Assembly (NCBI GenBank): GCA_964012805.1
Contig: CAXGUD010000021.1
Span: forward strand, 11,572 to 75,571
Direction: 5' to 3'
DNA length: 64,000 nt
Origin: an uncultured Bacteriovoracaceae bacterium
GTDB taxonomy: Bacteria > Bdellovibrionota > Bacteriovoracia > Bacteriovoracales > Bacteriovoracaceae
The translations under genes were made by a program, and so were the position numbers. Every line of letters starts with the position of its first letter. Within the stretch, counting starts at the first letter, position 1. A model generated the notes under the pieces. The model ran no database searches, was not told the origin of the DNA, and saw only the letters and a list, made by a program, of their open reading frames with translations. Shown piece after piece: positions 30,455 to 39,779 of the stretch.

Positions 30455-30538
30455 CTTTAAAAAATTAATTTGGTTATTCAATTTCCGAAAAAGTAGGGGT
30501 GCCATTGAAGGGCCATGCTTTATTATAGGTATTAAAAA

Positions 30539-32350
30539 ATGGATGATTTAAAAAAAATGCTGAAGAATAAGTTCGAACTGCCCATGGGTGGAGGAAGTGC
30601 AGTTGGAATTTTATTAAAAGCATACGAACTACACAATGACCCACTTATTTTAAAAACCAGAGATGAGCAGGGAAACTATACTAATTTTTATAAAATCTCA
30701 GACCTTCTAACAAAAGGCCATGCCTTCAAAAAAATCCATCAAGATTTAGATGGTCATAATGTGGCCTACATTGGTGATAACCATGTGGATATTATTTCTT
30801 TAGAGCTTGGCTGCTGGATGAATAGAAAATACACAACAGGCTTTTTCAAGAATGACAGCATAGAAGACATTGTTTTTAAAATTAAAGATGCAAATATTGA
30901 TATCATCGCTGTTGATTCACATGGATGGGAAGTCCTCAAAAATCTTCCAGGAGAAGCTAAAGACCTCCTCAAAACTGTTTTTTGTGTAGGAGATTTAAAA
31001 AAACCAGAAGAAAGTCATGGTTTTAAAGATTTAAGAAAACTTGAATTAAAATCTGACATCTCAAATATGAAGCATATTCATTACGACAACTCGGAAGACA
31101 ACTTAAACTCTATCATAAAAGTTGTCTATACATCAGGCTCAACAGGAAAACCTAAAGGAGTCCCACTTACCAATAAAAACTGCCTTTATGCATGCTTTGG
31201 TTTTATAAATAGTATGTTTGATAAATTTGACAACCAAGAAACGACAGCTTTTTTTCTTCCTAATGCCCATATTTTTCAAACAGCGTGCTTAGGTTTGGCC
31301 TATACTGGGGCTTTTATCGGCCACATCACAACTAAAGAAAATTTTAAAGATGATCTTCCCAAAATAAGACCTACATTTGTCTTTGGAGTCCCCCTTCTTT
31401 TCCAAAAATTATCACAACAAATTGAAATTAAATTAACATCTATGCTTGGTGGTTTTTTTAAAGAAGTCGACCTTATATCACCCACATGGAAAAACAGAGT
31501 CTTTATAAAACCAATTTTTTCAAAAGTTATTAAGAAAAAACTAGGCTTTGATAAAGTTAAGGTTATTTTTTCTGCCGGAGCGGCACTCAATGGAAAAGTC
31601 TATGATTTTTTTCACCACACACTCGGGATAAAAATTTCTGGTGCTTACGGGATGAGTGAAACCACTGCGACCCTTAGTATGGCAAGATTTGGAAAAAAAG
31701 GCGCTTCTGGTAAAGTTACAGCAGTAAATACAGTTGAAATTAGGAACAAAAATGAAAAAGAAGAAGGTGAAATTTGGGCCAAAGGCGAAAATATTTTTAA
31801 AGGCTATCTCAATATTGACTCAAAAGATGAGTTTGATGATCGAGGCTTTTTTAAAACTGGTGACTTAGGTTCTATTGATAAAGAGGGATTTTTAACAATA
31901 ACAGGAAGGATAAAAAACTTTCATAAAGCTGCAGATGGACGCTTTTACAATATCGAAGCAATTGCTGATCACCTATTGGATAAAAGCTTTAAAATACAAC
32001 AAGTGGCTATTCATCTTCTAAACTCTCCATACCCCGTTGCAATTGTTACATTAGGAGAAGATTTTTTAGACTTTGAAAGCTATGTAAAGGATTCGATAAA
32101 TCTTGCAGAAATAAAAAAAGAGTTTTTATCAATCATTAAAGAACTAGAAAAAGAAAAATTTCACCCCATTCCACAAAAATTTATCCTTACACCTTCCTAT
32201 ACGGAAGATAATGGTTTTTTAACCCCAACAAAAAAAACAAGAGTTTCAAAGGTGTTAGAAGCCTATGATGAAGTTATTGAAGCAATCAGAAATGAAAAAA
32301 ATATGAATTTCTGTTACTTAACAGACCATAATAAATTAAAGGAATTTTAA
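30539..32350 (+). CDS. AMP-dependent long-chain acyl-CoA synthetase-like
   Basis: YTSGSTGKPKG, AYGMSET, FKTGDLG, ITGRIKN, LTPTKK. Confidence 0.88.
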   Translation: MDDLKKMLKNKFELPMGGGSAVGILLKAYELHNDPLILKTRDEQGNYTNFYKISDLLTKGHAFKKIHQDLDGHNVAYIGDNHVDIISLELGCWMNRKYTTGFFKNDSIEDIVFKIKDANIDIIAVDSHGWEVLKNLPGEAKDLLKTVFCVGDLKKPEESHGFKDLRKLELKSDISNMKHIHYDNSEDNLNSIIKVVYTSGSTGKPKGVPLTNKNCLYACFGFINSMFDKFDNQETTAFFLPNAHIFQTACLGLAYTGAFIGHITTKENFKDDLPKIRPTFVFGVPLLFQKLSQQIEIKLTSMLGGFFKEVDLISPTWKNRVFIKPIFSKVIKKKLGFDKVKVIFSAGAALNGKVYDFFHHTLGIKISGAYGMSETTATLSMARFGKKGASGKVTAVNTVEIRNKNEKEEGEIWAKGENIFKGYLNIDSKDEFDDRGFFKTGDLGSIDKEGFLTITGRIKNFHKAADGRFYNIEAIADHLLDKSFKIQQVAIHLLNSPYPVAIVTLGEDFLDFESYVKDSINLAEIKKEFLSIIKELEKEKFHPIPQKFILTPSYTEDNGFLTPTKKTRVSKVLEAYDEVIEAIRNEKNMNFCYLTDHNKLKEF

Positions 32351-32390
32351 AATAGATTAAATTAATAACCTTAACCAAGATGTAAAAATT

Positions 32391-32807
32391 ATGACATTGG
32401 AAGAGCTCGAAAAAATAATAGAAAAGACAAATTTATTTGATCCTTTCATTGGAGTAGTAAGAGAAATAAAAAACAATAAAATTATCCAAACTTTAAAAGT
32501 TAAAGAAAATCATTTAGGAGCCCCTGACACTTGCCATGGGGGAGTTCTTGCTTCTTTAATGGATAGTGTCCTCGGATTAACCACCTGGGTAGATTCTGTT
32601 CCAAAAGGTTTTTACTGTTCAACAGTTGAATTTAAAATAAATTACTTAAATAGGGCCATGCTAGGTGATGTAATTGTTGGGGAAGGGGATATTGTTCATA
32701 GAGGAAATTCATTGGTAATCACAGAAGGAATAATTTATTGTAAAGAAAAAGATCTTCTTATTTCAAAAGGGTTGGGCACATTTAATCTTTACCCCAAAAA
32801 AAATTAA
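32391..32807 (+). CDS. PaaI-family thioesterase
   Basis: HGGVLASLMDS, STVEFKINYL. Confidence 0.88.
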   Translation: MTLEELEKIIEKTNLFDPFIGVVREIKNNKIIQTLKVKENHLGAPDTCHGGVLASLMDSVLGLTTWVDSVPKGFYCSTVEFKINYLNRAMLGDVIVGEGDIVHRGNSLVITEGIIYCKEKDLLISKGLGTFNLYPKKN

Positions 32808-33205
32808 ACCATAGTACAAAGGAAATGGGCTGTAATAGAGTAGTAAACGTATTTGGAAAGACTTGCTTCATCTACTTTTGATGAATCACTCAGTAAGTCT
32901 TCATATATTTTAAACTGGATTTCCAATATTTCTTTTAAATATACTTTATTAGAAGCTCCAATGAGTTTAACACAAGGCAGCCCTTGAGACTTTAAATACA
33001 ATTTAACTTCATCTCCATACTCTTTTTTGGCATAATCCTCTTCTATATATTCAAACTTTGTGTCTTTTAAGTTGTTCTGTGTTCTTTCAAAAATTTTAGA
33101 CACGAACTCAATGTCAAAAAAGGAACTATCTTTATCTGTAACTTGGGAAATAATTTCTTTTACCCAGTCTCTCGTTAAAAAATTAAGTTTATCCTCATCT
33201 TTCAT
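32804..33205 (-). CDS. Hypothetical protein
   Basis: 133-aa ORF with AGGGGA RBS; no recognised motif. Confidence 0.6.
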   Translation of the reverse strand: MKDEDKLNFLTRDWVKEIISQVTDKDSSFFDIEFVSKIFERTQNNLKDTKFEYIEEDYAKKEYGDEVKLYLKSQGLPCVKLIGASNKVYLKEILEIQFKIYEDLLSDSSKVDEASLSKYVYYSITAHFLCTMV

Positions 33206-33436
33206 AGAATCCCCTAAGTGTGTTTTACATTCTACATTAAAATACTTTTTTTTTCTTTTTTAAAAATCCAAAAAAGAAATTACATAACGAGGACCAACAA
33301 ATGAATTTGTAATTTTAAAATTGAACCATTAAAATCGGGAAAAGAAAGAAGCCTAAAATAGGCTCCAGAATATCGCTAAATATAAACTTCTACTAGATTC
33401 TTTTTTCTGTATAACAGAGGATTTACAAAGCACATT

Positions 33437-34333
33437 ATGAATCAAAATGAAAAAAAAGGTAATTTGTTAGGTATTATGGCTGTAGTTTCATTTTCCCTAA
33501 CATTACCATTTACAAAATTTCTTACAAAGTCATTAGATTTTTATGAAATTGGTATCATGAGGGCCATTATAGCATCCTCAATGGCACTTATTATCATTGT
33601 CTATAAAAAAGAGGATTGGCCTCATAAAAGGGATGTCTTCAAATTCATTATGACAGGTCTTGGTGTCGTTTTAGGCTTTCCTTTTCTTGTGGCCCTTGGG
33701 ATGGAAACCGTTTCTTCCGGACATGGTGGTGTTCTTTTAGCTTCACTACCTCTTTCAACGGCAATTTTTAGTACTCTACTTTCCCAAGAAAAACCACCTC
33801 TTCTTTTTTGGCTTCTCTCTCTTTTAGGCTTTCTTATCGTATGCACTTTTTCTATCTGGCATAATCCTATAAAAGACTTTAGTTGGTCTTATGGTGATAC
33901 TGCCCTTTTTGGAGCTGTTTTAATGGGTGGCTTTGGTTACGCTCAAGGAGGTCATTTATCAAAAATTTACTCAAGCTGGAAAGTAATCTGCTTCGCTCTT
34001 ATTTTTACGTTACCTTTTATAATTATATCCGTTCCCTTCTTAATTGATTTCAAAATTTTTAAGATTATAACCCCAATGAATTATTTTGCCCTTCTTTTTT
34101 TAGGCCTTATCAATAATCTTTTTGCTTTCTTTTTATGGTATAGGGGACTGGCCCTTGGAGGAGTAGCAAAAGTAGGACAGCTTCAGTTGCTTCAACCCTT
34201 TTTTACCATTTTCTTTTCTGTTATCTTATTAAGCGAACATTTTTTTTGGTCTGATTTAACCTTCTGTTTCTTTATCGTGTTCGTTGTTTTTCTTACATCT
34301 AAAACAAAATTTGATTTAAAAAAAAATCCTTAA
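33437..34333 (+). CDS. DMT/EamA-family transporter
   Basis: About 10 TM helices; FSLTLP, GVVLGFP, FFLWYRGLALGG..VGQLQLLQPF. Confidence 0.9.
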   Translation: MNQNEKKGNLLGIMAVVSFSLTLPFTKFLTKSLDFYEIGIMRAIIASSMALIIIVYKKEDWPHKRDVFKFIMTGLGVVLGFPFLVALGMETVSSGHGGVLLASLPLSTAIFSTLLSQEKPPLLFWLLSLLGFLIVCTFSIWHNPIKDFSWSYGDTALFGAVLMGGFGYAQGGHLSKIYSSWKVICFALIFTLPFIIISVPFLIDFKIFKIITPMNYFALLFLGLINNLFAFFLWYRGLALGGVAKVGQLQLLQPFFTIFFSVILLSEHFFWSDLTFCFFIVFVVFLTSKTKFDLKKNP

Positions 34334-34387
34334 GAAAGAAAATTCTATAAAATCTAAAGAAGACTCTATTTACGTAAATTACCTTTC

Positions 34388-35125
34388 ATGCCATTCTTTA
34401 AAGAATTAACCTTAAATCATTGTTGGGTAAAGCCTTTGAAGTCGACAATTCTTGTCTGTTTTTTGTTTCTATTCCATTTGGTTAGTAAAAATTCCTATGC
34501 TGGAGTTACTATCGAACCCTTTTTAGGGGGAGAAGGAGGAATATGGAAATCCGAAGAGTCGTTTCCTCTCTCTGATTATGATGTATCAGGAACACAAAGA
34601 GGACGTGCTTATGGTCTCTATTATGGCTCTCGGGTTTATATCGATATTTTGAAAGCCCTCTTTTTAGGGATCGGTTATTATAAAACAAAAAACCAATGGA
34701 ACATATCAGATGATCCCAGTACCTCTAATGATGACTCATGGAAGGATGTCACCGCAGAAAGAAAGAACCTAAACTTTTTTTTCGGTCTTCAAAAGCCAGG
34801 CTCTAAACTCCCTCTCTACAAGATATGGTTTAGTTTTTCACCATTTGAAAACCTTACCCTCAATCAAGCACATCAGCCTTCAAAAGGCCCAATTACTTAT
34901 AATGGTTCCTCCCTATCAGGAGCTTATTCAAGACATTTGATCGGTTGGTTCTATCTCAACTTGGAATTTAGCGTAATAAGCATGAATAAAAGGACCCAGA
35001 GTGGAAGTGAATACAGTATACCTAGCAACGCTAATTTTCAAACCTACACTTCCTATACTTTCAACACATTTTTGGTCAGTATATCAATGCCCTTAAATTT
35101 CTTTAAGAAAAAAGTTGGTTGGTAG
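34388..35125 (+). CDS. Probable outer-membrane beta-barrel protein
   Basis: Signal-like segment ending SYA-G, IEPFLG, alternating aromatic strands, FLVSISMP near the C-terminus. Confidence 0.55.
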   Translation: MPFFKELTLNHCWVKPLKSTILVCFLFLFHLVSKNSYAGVTIEPFLGGEGGIWKSEESFPLSDYDVSGTQRGRAYGLYYGSRVYIDILKALFLGIGYYKTKNQWNISDDPSTSNDDSWKDVTAERKNLNFFFGLQKPGSKLPLYKIWFSFSPFENLTLNQAHQPSKGPITYNGSSLSGAYSRHLIGWFYLNLEFSVISMNKRTQSGSEYSIPSNANFQTYTSYTFNTFLVSISMPLNFFKKKVGW

Positions 35126-35173
35126 TAAAACAATATAAAGGAAAAGCTTGATTTTAAACATTGGATGGATAAC

Positions 35174-35437
35174 TTATTTGTTAAGCATTATTTCTTTCAC
35201 CAACTTTCGATATTGCTCCATTGCTTCCTCTTCACTTATTTCCCTATTTTTTTCCCAAGCCTCGAATTGAATCCTCTCTTCCATTTGAATTAGAGAGGGC
35301 TTCTCTGCATCTTTTGGACAAGGACCATCCTCTATATGCTTTTCTAGTCCATAAACTTTGAGGAACGTTTCTCTAGGTAGTTTAAAACTCAATCTTTTTA
35401 ACTTTTCTTTTAATGTTTGAAAATCGTTTCTTATCAT
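35174..35437 (-). CDS. Acyl-CoA-binding protein (ACBP)-like
   Basis: LKVYGLEK..DGP, FEAW, SEEEAMEQY pattern; 87 aa. Confidence 0.75.
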   Translation of the reverse strand: MIRNDFQTLKEKLKRLSFKLPRETFLKVYGLEKHIEDGPCPKDAEKPSLIQMEERIQFEAWEKNREISEEEAMEQYRKLVKEIMLNK

Positions 35438-35580
35438 AACCCTTCCGTTGAAATAGACAGTTCATTTATTTTATAAGATTTTTCAAAACTCCAAAATGAT
35501 TTTTTTAACACAATAAATTTATTCTATGATAATTTTAAACTCTAAAATATATTTAATTGGTATTAAAGGAGTTTGAATTT

Positions 35581-35985
35581 ATGAAAAAAGTCTTAATAAT
35601 TGATGACTCAGAATCCATAAGGTCTCAACTAAAAGAATCACTTCTTCAAAATGGCTCCTTTAATATTGTTGAGGCAGAAGATGGTGAACAAGGATATGAA
35701 ATCGCAAAAGAGAACCAAGACTGTAATCTTATCATTGTCGACCTTAATATGCCAAAGATGGGAGGAATAGAACTCCTTGAAGCTCTTGAAAAAAATGACA
35801 TCTGCCTCGATATCCCAAAAGTAATTTTTACAACAGAAACGCTAAAAGATGATAAAAATGCAAAAAAAATGAAAGAAGATGGAAAAAGACTTGGTGTAAA
35901 AACATGGTTTACCAAACCTTTAACAGATAAAAGAATTACTATTTTGATAAATACAATAGACCAGCTTATTAAAAAATATAATTAA
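35581..35985 (+). CDS. Stand-alone receiver (CheY-like)
   Basis: AAGGAG RBS, VLIIDDS, VDLNMPKMGG, FTTE, WFTKP. Confidence 0.92.
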   Translation: MKKVLIIDDSESIRSQLKESLLQNGSFNIVEAEDGEQGYEIAKENQDCNLIIVDLNMPKMGGIELLEALEKNDICLDIPKVIFTTETLKDDKNAKKMKEDGKRLGVKTWFTKPLTDKRITILINTIDQLIKKYN

Positions 35986-35997
35986 TATTAGAGGGGT

Positions 35998-36189
35998 TTA
36001 CTTATTATTTTCCAAGACATTCTCTTTGAAGTCTTCAACCTCACTCATCTCCCAGGAATAAAAAACTTTATTATCCTCTAAATCTTCGTAACCTTTCTTA
36101 TTCTCAAACAAAATAAAAACATCACTACCATCATTACTTTTAATACGACTTATTTCACTAAAACCATTGTCTATGGCCTCTTGATACAA
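35998..36189 (-). CDS. Small acidic ORF, possibly a gene remnant
   Basis: 63 aa with TTG start and no clear RBS; a protein-like frame continues upstream in a different frame. Confidence 0.3.
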   Translation of the reverse strand: MYQEAIDNGFSEISRIKSNDGSDVFILFENKKGYEDLEDNKVFYSWEMSEVEDFKENVLENNK

Positions 36190-36654
36190 CTTTCCGAAGC
36201 GATTTTAAAAACGTTATCGAAATCGTCACCCATTGGCCATTCCCAATCTTTCGTACAAAAAATTGACTTAATTAAGCTCTTTCGATGAAAATAAAGCTCC
36301 TACAATCACATCTTTGTATCACCACAAGCCTACAGTAACATATTACCGTCAAGTCTTTGAATATTGTAAAAAATAAAAAAGTGCTTAGCATGAAAAAATG
36401 AGGTTCAAAATCTTCCACAATGTTTGCTTTTTATCGATCATTGACTTTCCCTTCAAGTATATCTTTCATGAAAAAAGTAGAAAGGAGGTTCTCTTTAATT
36501 TAATTAAAGACCATAAAGAATTTTTTAATTTGAACAATATTAAGATGTCAGATAAACTACAAACTAAATTAAACTTTTTTAGAGACAAACTTGGTTACTT
36601 TTACGCAAATGATATCTTGATTAAAGAAAACATAATTTGAATGGATGAATAGTA

Positions 36655-37080
36655 ATGATCGATGTAAAATGGATGCTTCTCCCTCTATTTGCCCAATTTC
36701 TTCTTTCCATGTTGATTTATATTGTTTCACGCCTAAGAAGAGGACAAGCTGTAAAGAAAGGTCTTGTAAAAAGTCGCTTCTTTAAAACATTTGAGGGTGA
36801 ACCTCCTCCTCGTGATGTCATAGCCGCAGATCAACTTATCTTGAACCTCTTTGAAATGCCTGTTCTTTTTTTCACTGCCTCCATTATTATTATAGCATTA
36901 AAGGTAAATGATAATGTTCAGATGATTTTAGCATCCCTTTATGTTATTTCTAGGTTTTGGCATGCTTATATTAAAATTCAAAACGGTCGCCTTGCAATAA
37001 GGGCCTTAGTTTTTACAATCTCTGCCGTTATGTTAACAGGTATGTGGGTTTGGCTCATGATCCAAGCTTTTTTCCCCTAA
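36655..37080 (+). CDS. MAPEG-family membrane protein
   Basis: NLFEMPVLFF, YVISRFWHAY, four TM helices. Confidence 0.85.
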   Translation: MIDVKWMLLPLFAQFLLSMLIYIVSRLRRGQAVKKGLVKSRFFKTFEGEPPPRDVIAADQLILNLFEMPVLFFTASIIIIALKVNDNVQMILASLYVISRFWHAYIKIQNGRLAIRALVFTISAVMLTGMWVWLMIQAFFP

Positions 37081-37219
37081 AATTCCTCACCAATACTTGG
37101 ATCCAACCTTCCCTAAAGGTAAAATGGCCAAGTAATTGCTTTTATTATAATAAGTCATTTAAAAAAAAGTCCTCATAAAATAGAAGTCTTGTGGATCCCA
37201 AAAAAATTTATACTTTATC

Positions 37220-37702
37220 ATGGAAGTTAAACACATAGTAGTTGTGGAGCTGATTCTGGAAAGAAAGTTGGGGCCAACTGAGAAAGAAATAAAAGTAAAA
37301 CTTAAAAATCGACTTGCTGAAAATAAAGGGAAAACTGAACCCTCAAAGGAAGAGGACCTCTCAAAGTATGACCCCCTTATAAAGACAATCACAATTACGT
37401 CTTTTTTAGATGCGGCTTTAATAGATTTAATTTTTTTGGAAATTGACGATTTAAGCGGAACCTTATTATTGCATAATAAATATCGCTGGAGAATGAAAAT
37501 GCTTAAAGTGGACATTAAAGGAAGAAAATTATCACTTGATGAGTTGGCCTTTGAATTAGAAGAAAGTTCTCTTTCAACAGAAGACCAAATTGAAGCCCTT
37601 TCTCAAGTCCTTAAACATGGTGTTTTAAAAGACGCTCCTAGGGTAATCAAAAATTGGATTCTCTATCATCAAAGGTATGGAAATTTAAATTCTATTGAAT
37701 AA
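37220..37702 (+). CDS. Hypothetical protein (true start possibly 37493)
   Basis: 160-aa ORF; GGAG lies just before internal MKMLK. Confidence 0.45.
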   Translation: MEVKHIVVVELILERKLGPTEKEIKVKLKNRLAENKGKTEPSKEEDLSKYDPLIKTITITSFLDAALIDLIFLEIDDLSGTLLLHNKYRWRMKMLKVDIKGRKLSLDELAFELEESSLSTEDQIEALSQVLKHGVLKDAPRVIKNWILYHQRYGNLNSIE

Positions 37703-37733
37703 AAAATTATATCCAAATATTCTATTTAAAAGT

Positions 37734-38798
37734 TTACTCACTTAGTTTATAAAGGGATGCGGCCATATTAAGTTTAATAATTTCTAGAAGATATGGGATA
37801 TTAAGTGTATCGAGCTTATCACATGATTTATGGTAGCATGGACTTTTTGTTTTCCAATGCTCAATAGTTAAAACTCCAGGAACTCCTTTTTTCAAAAAAG
37901 GAACATGATCGCTCCCCCAAGCTGGCATTGTAATTTCAGGCCTAAGGGTTGTATAAGTGTTGGCAATGGAGCTCATCCAACGAGCGGTCTCTTCAAAATC
38001 ACGATCAGTTTCAATGTCAACAATTCCATTTTTATTCCAGCTAATCATATCCATATTGATAAAAAAGGAGATTTTCCGAAGAAGGCCAGAGCTTTCAGCT
38101 TTTTTAACAAAATACTTTGAACCTAAAAGACCATCCTCTTCACCATTAGTAGCAAAGATGATAACTCCTCTTTTGAAGCTTTTTTCCGATAAAAGCCTAC
38201 CCATCTCTAAAAGCGCAGAAGCTCCACTAGCATTATCATCTGCACCTGCCTTTAAGGCCCCTACGCTATCAAAATGGGCTTCAATAAGCACATATTCATC
38301 AAGCTCACCTTTTTTAATACCCACAACATTGCAGGCATTTTTTTTAAAACACTCTCTTTTTGTTCGATAGCCATAATTTTTAAGAAAATTTTCAATATAA
38401 TTTACGGTCTCATGGTTTCCAACAGTCCCCATTTTCCTAGAAGATCTTTCTATTAAAAACTCAAGGTGCTCTCTTACGTTTTTTTCAGATATTTTTTCAA
38501 GAATAGATTGCGTAGATAAAGAATATGGAATTTTTTCATAAAGGTTTTCTGGACTTATAACCTTCCACTGATTTTTTTTTATTTTAACTAAGTGACCTAA
38601 AAGTGAAGGAGGGATTTCTTTAAAACCTCCTTCTTTTTTTATTCGGTATATTTGCATTCTTCCCTTATTAAAGACTGGCTCAAAAAACTTATTAAGTTCT
38701 CTGGAAAAATTTCTTCCATGAGGATCAAACCTGTAATACTCTCCTTTTGCTAATGAGATAAAAAAAAGAATGTAAATGAACCATAGAATATTTTTCAT
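37734..38798 (-). CDS. Exported M28-family metallopeptidase
   Basis: AHFDS, GADDNASG, NGEEDGLLGS, INMDMI, SDHVPF, YH..CD. Confidence 0.92.
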   Translation of the reverse strand: MKNILWFIYILFFISLAKGEYYRFDPHGRNFSRELNKFFEPVFNKGRMQIYRIKKEGGFKEIPPSLLGHLVKIKKNQWKVISPENLYEKIPYSLSTQSILEKISEKNVREHLEFLIERSSRKMGTVGNHETVNYIENFLKNYGYRTKRECFKKNACNVVGIKKGELDEYVLIEAHFDSVGALKAGADDNASGASALLEMGRLLSEKSFKRGVIIFATNGEEDGLLGSKYFVKKAESSGLLRKISFFINMDMISWNKNGIVDIETDRDFEETARWMSSIANTYTTLRPEITMPAWGSDHVPFLKKGVPGVLTIEHWKTKSPCYHKSCDKLDTLNIPYLLEIIKLNMAASLYKLSE

Positions 38799-38803
38799 AA
38801 AGC

Positions 38804-39193
38804 CTATACCTTAAAAAAGCCCAAAGCTTCCATAACTTTCAAAAATTTTTTCTCATTTATAGGTTTTAAAATCCAGCCCCTAAAGTTATGAATCTTAGTA
38901 AAGTCAAAAGTCTTTTTATTTGGAGTCTCTGTAGTTAGAAGAACCTTCACAATATCAATTCCCAACCCTTCTTTATCTAATTTAAGTAAGAGTTCTCCCC
39001 CATTCATTTTAGGCATATTGTAATCAGAAACGATGAGCGTTAATTGGTTAAGGTTATCTTTAATTTTTTTATAACCTTCTTCACCATCTGCAGCTTCAAC
39101 AACGCTATACTCCCGTTGCTTAAACCAATGACCTACTTTTGATCTTACTGCTTCAGAATCATCTATCACAATAACCATTTTCACATTGCTCAT
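38804..39193 (-). CDS. Stand-alone receiver (CheY-like)
   Basis: IVIDDS, SDYNMPKMNG, LTTE, WILKP; GAGG RBS before MSNVK at 39193; 5 bp upstream of the M28 gene. Confidence 0.9.
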   Translation of the reverse strand: MSNVKMVIVIDDSEAVRSKVGHWFKQREYSVVEAADGEEGYKKIKDNLNQLTLIVSDYNMPKMNGGELLLKLDKEGLGIDIVKVLLTTETPNKKTFDFTKIHNFRGWILKPINEKKFLKVMEALGFFKV

Positions 39194-39779
39194 CAAAGGT
39201 CCCCTCATATAAAAAATCAAAGTTTTCCAAACTTTATCACTTCCTATAAACATTAAACACTAGTGAAAGCATAATTTAAATAACTTATAATCATACTTAT
39301 ACTAAGAAACTATTAATTGGATCCTTACGAAAAACGCCTCTTTGTTTAACTTTAAAACTTCAAAGGCTTTATTGACCGACTATTTAAGTAGGCAAAGAAC
39401 TTAAAGATACTTTTTACAAAACTATCTTCCTCTTGAGATTAAGGAAAAGTGAGTTTTTGCTTTATTAGGTTAATAGCCAATCAAAGTAACAAACCTTTCT
39501 AATCTCCAATAATTAAAGATCTCTCTTCAAATACTTATAAAAACTTATGTCTTCTGATATAAGCCTGTATATATAAGATAATCCAAGACTCGAAATAAAG
39601 GTTATTTAGACTAAAGTTCTTTTATTTAAAAAATTTCATTTAAGGCCCCATTTTTAGGAGGCTCCTCTATAAATTTTTCTAAAATTCAATCACTTCTGGC
39701 AAAAATTTACTCATCGCACTAATATCACCAAGTCTTAAAAAACAATACAACTAACTACCTTTTCTTAGAAGGAGCATTA

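Noticed and set aside
36398..36640. 80-aa plus-strand ORF
   Set aside because: AT-rich, no RBS or motif; probably the promoter region of the MAPEG gene.
4341..39380. Further CCGA boxes at 4345, 22826 and 39376 as sigma28 promoters
   Set aside because: No TAAA/TCAA at 15-17 nt spacing, or no correctly oriented nearby gene.
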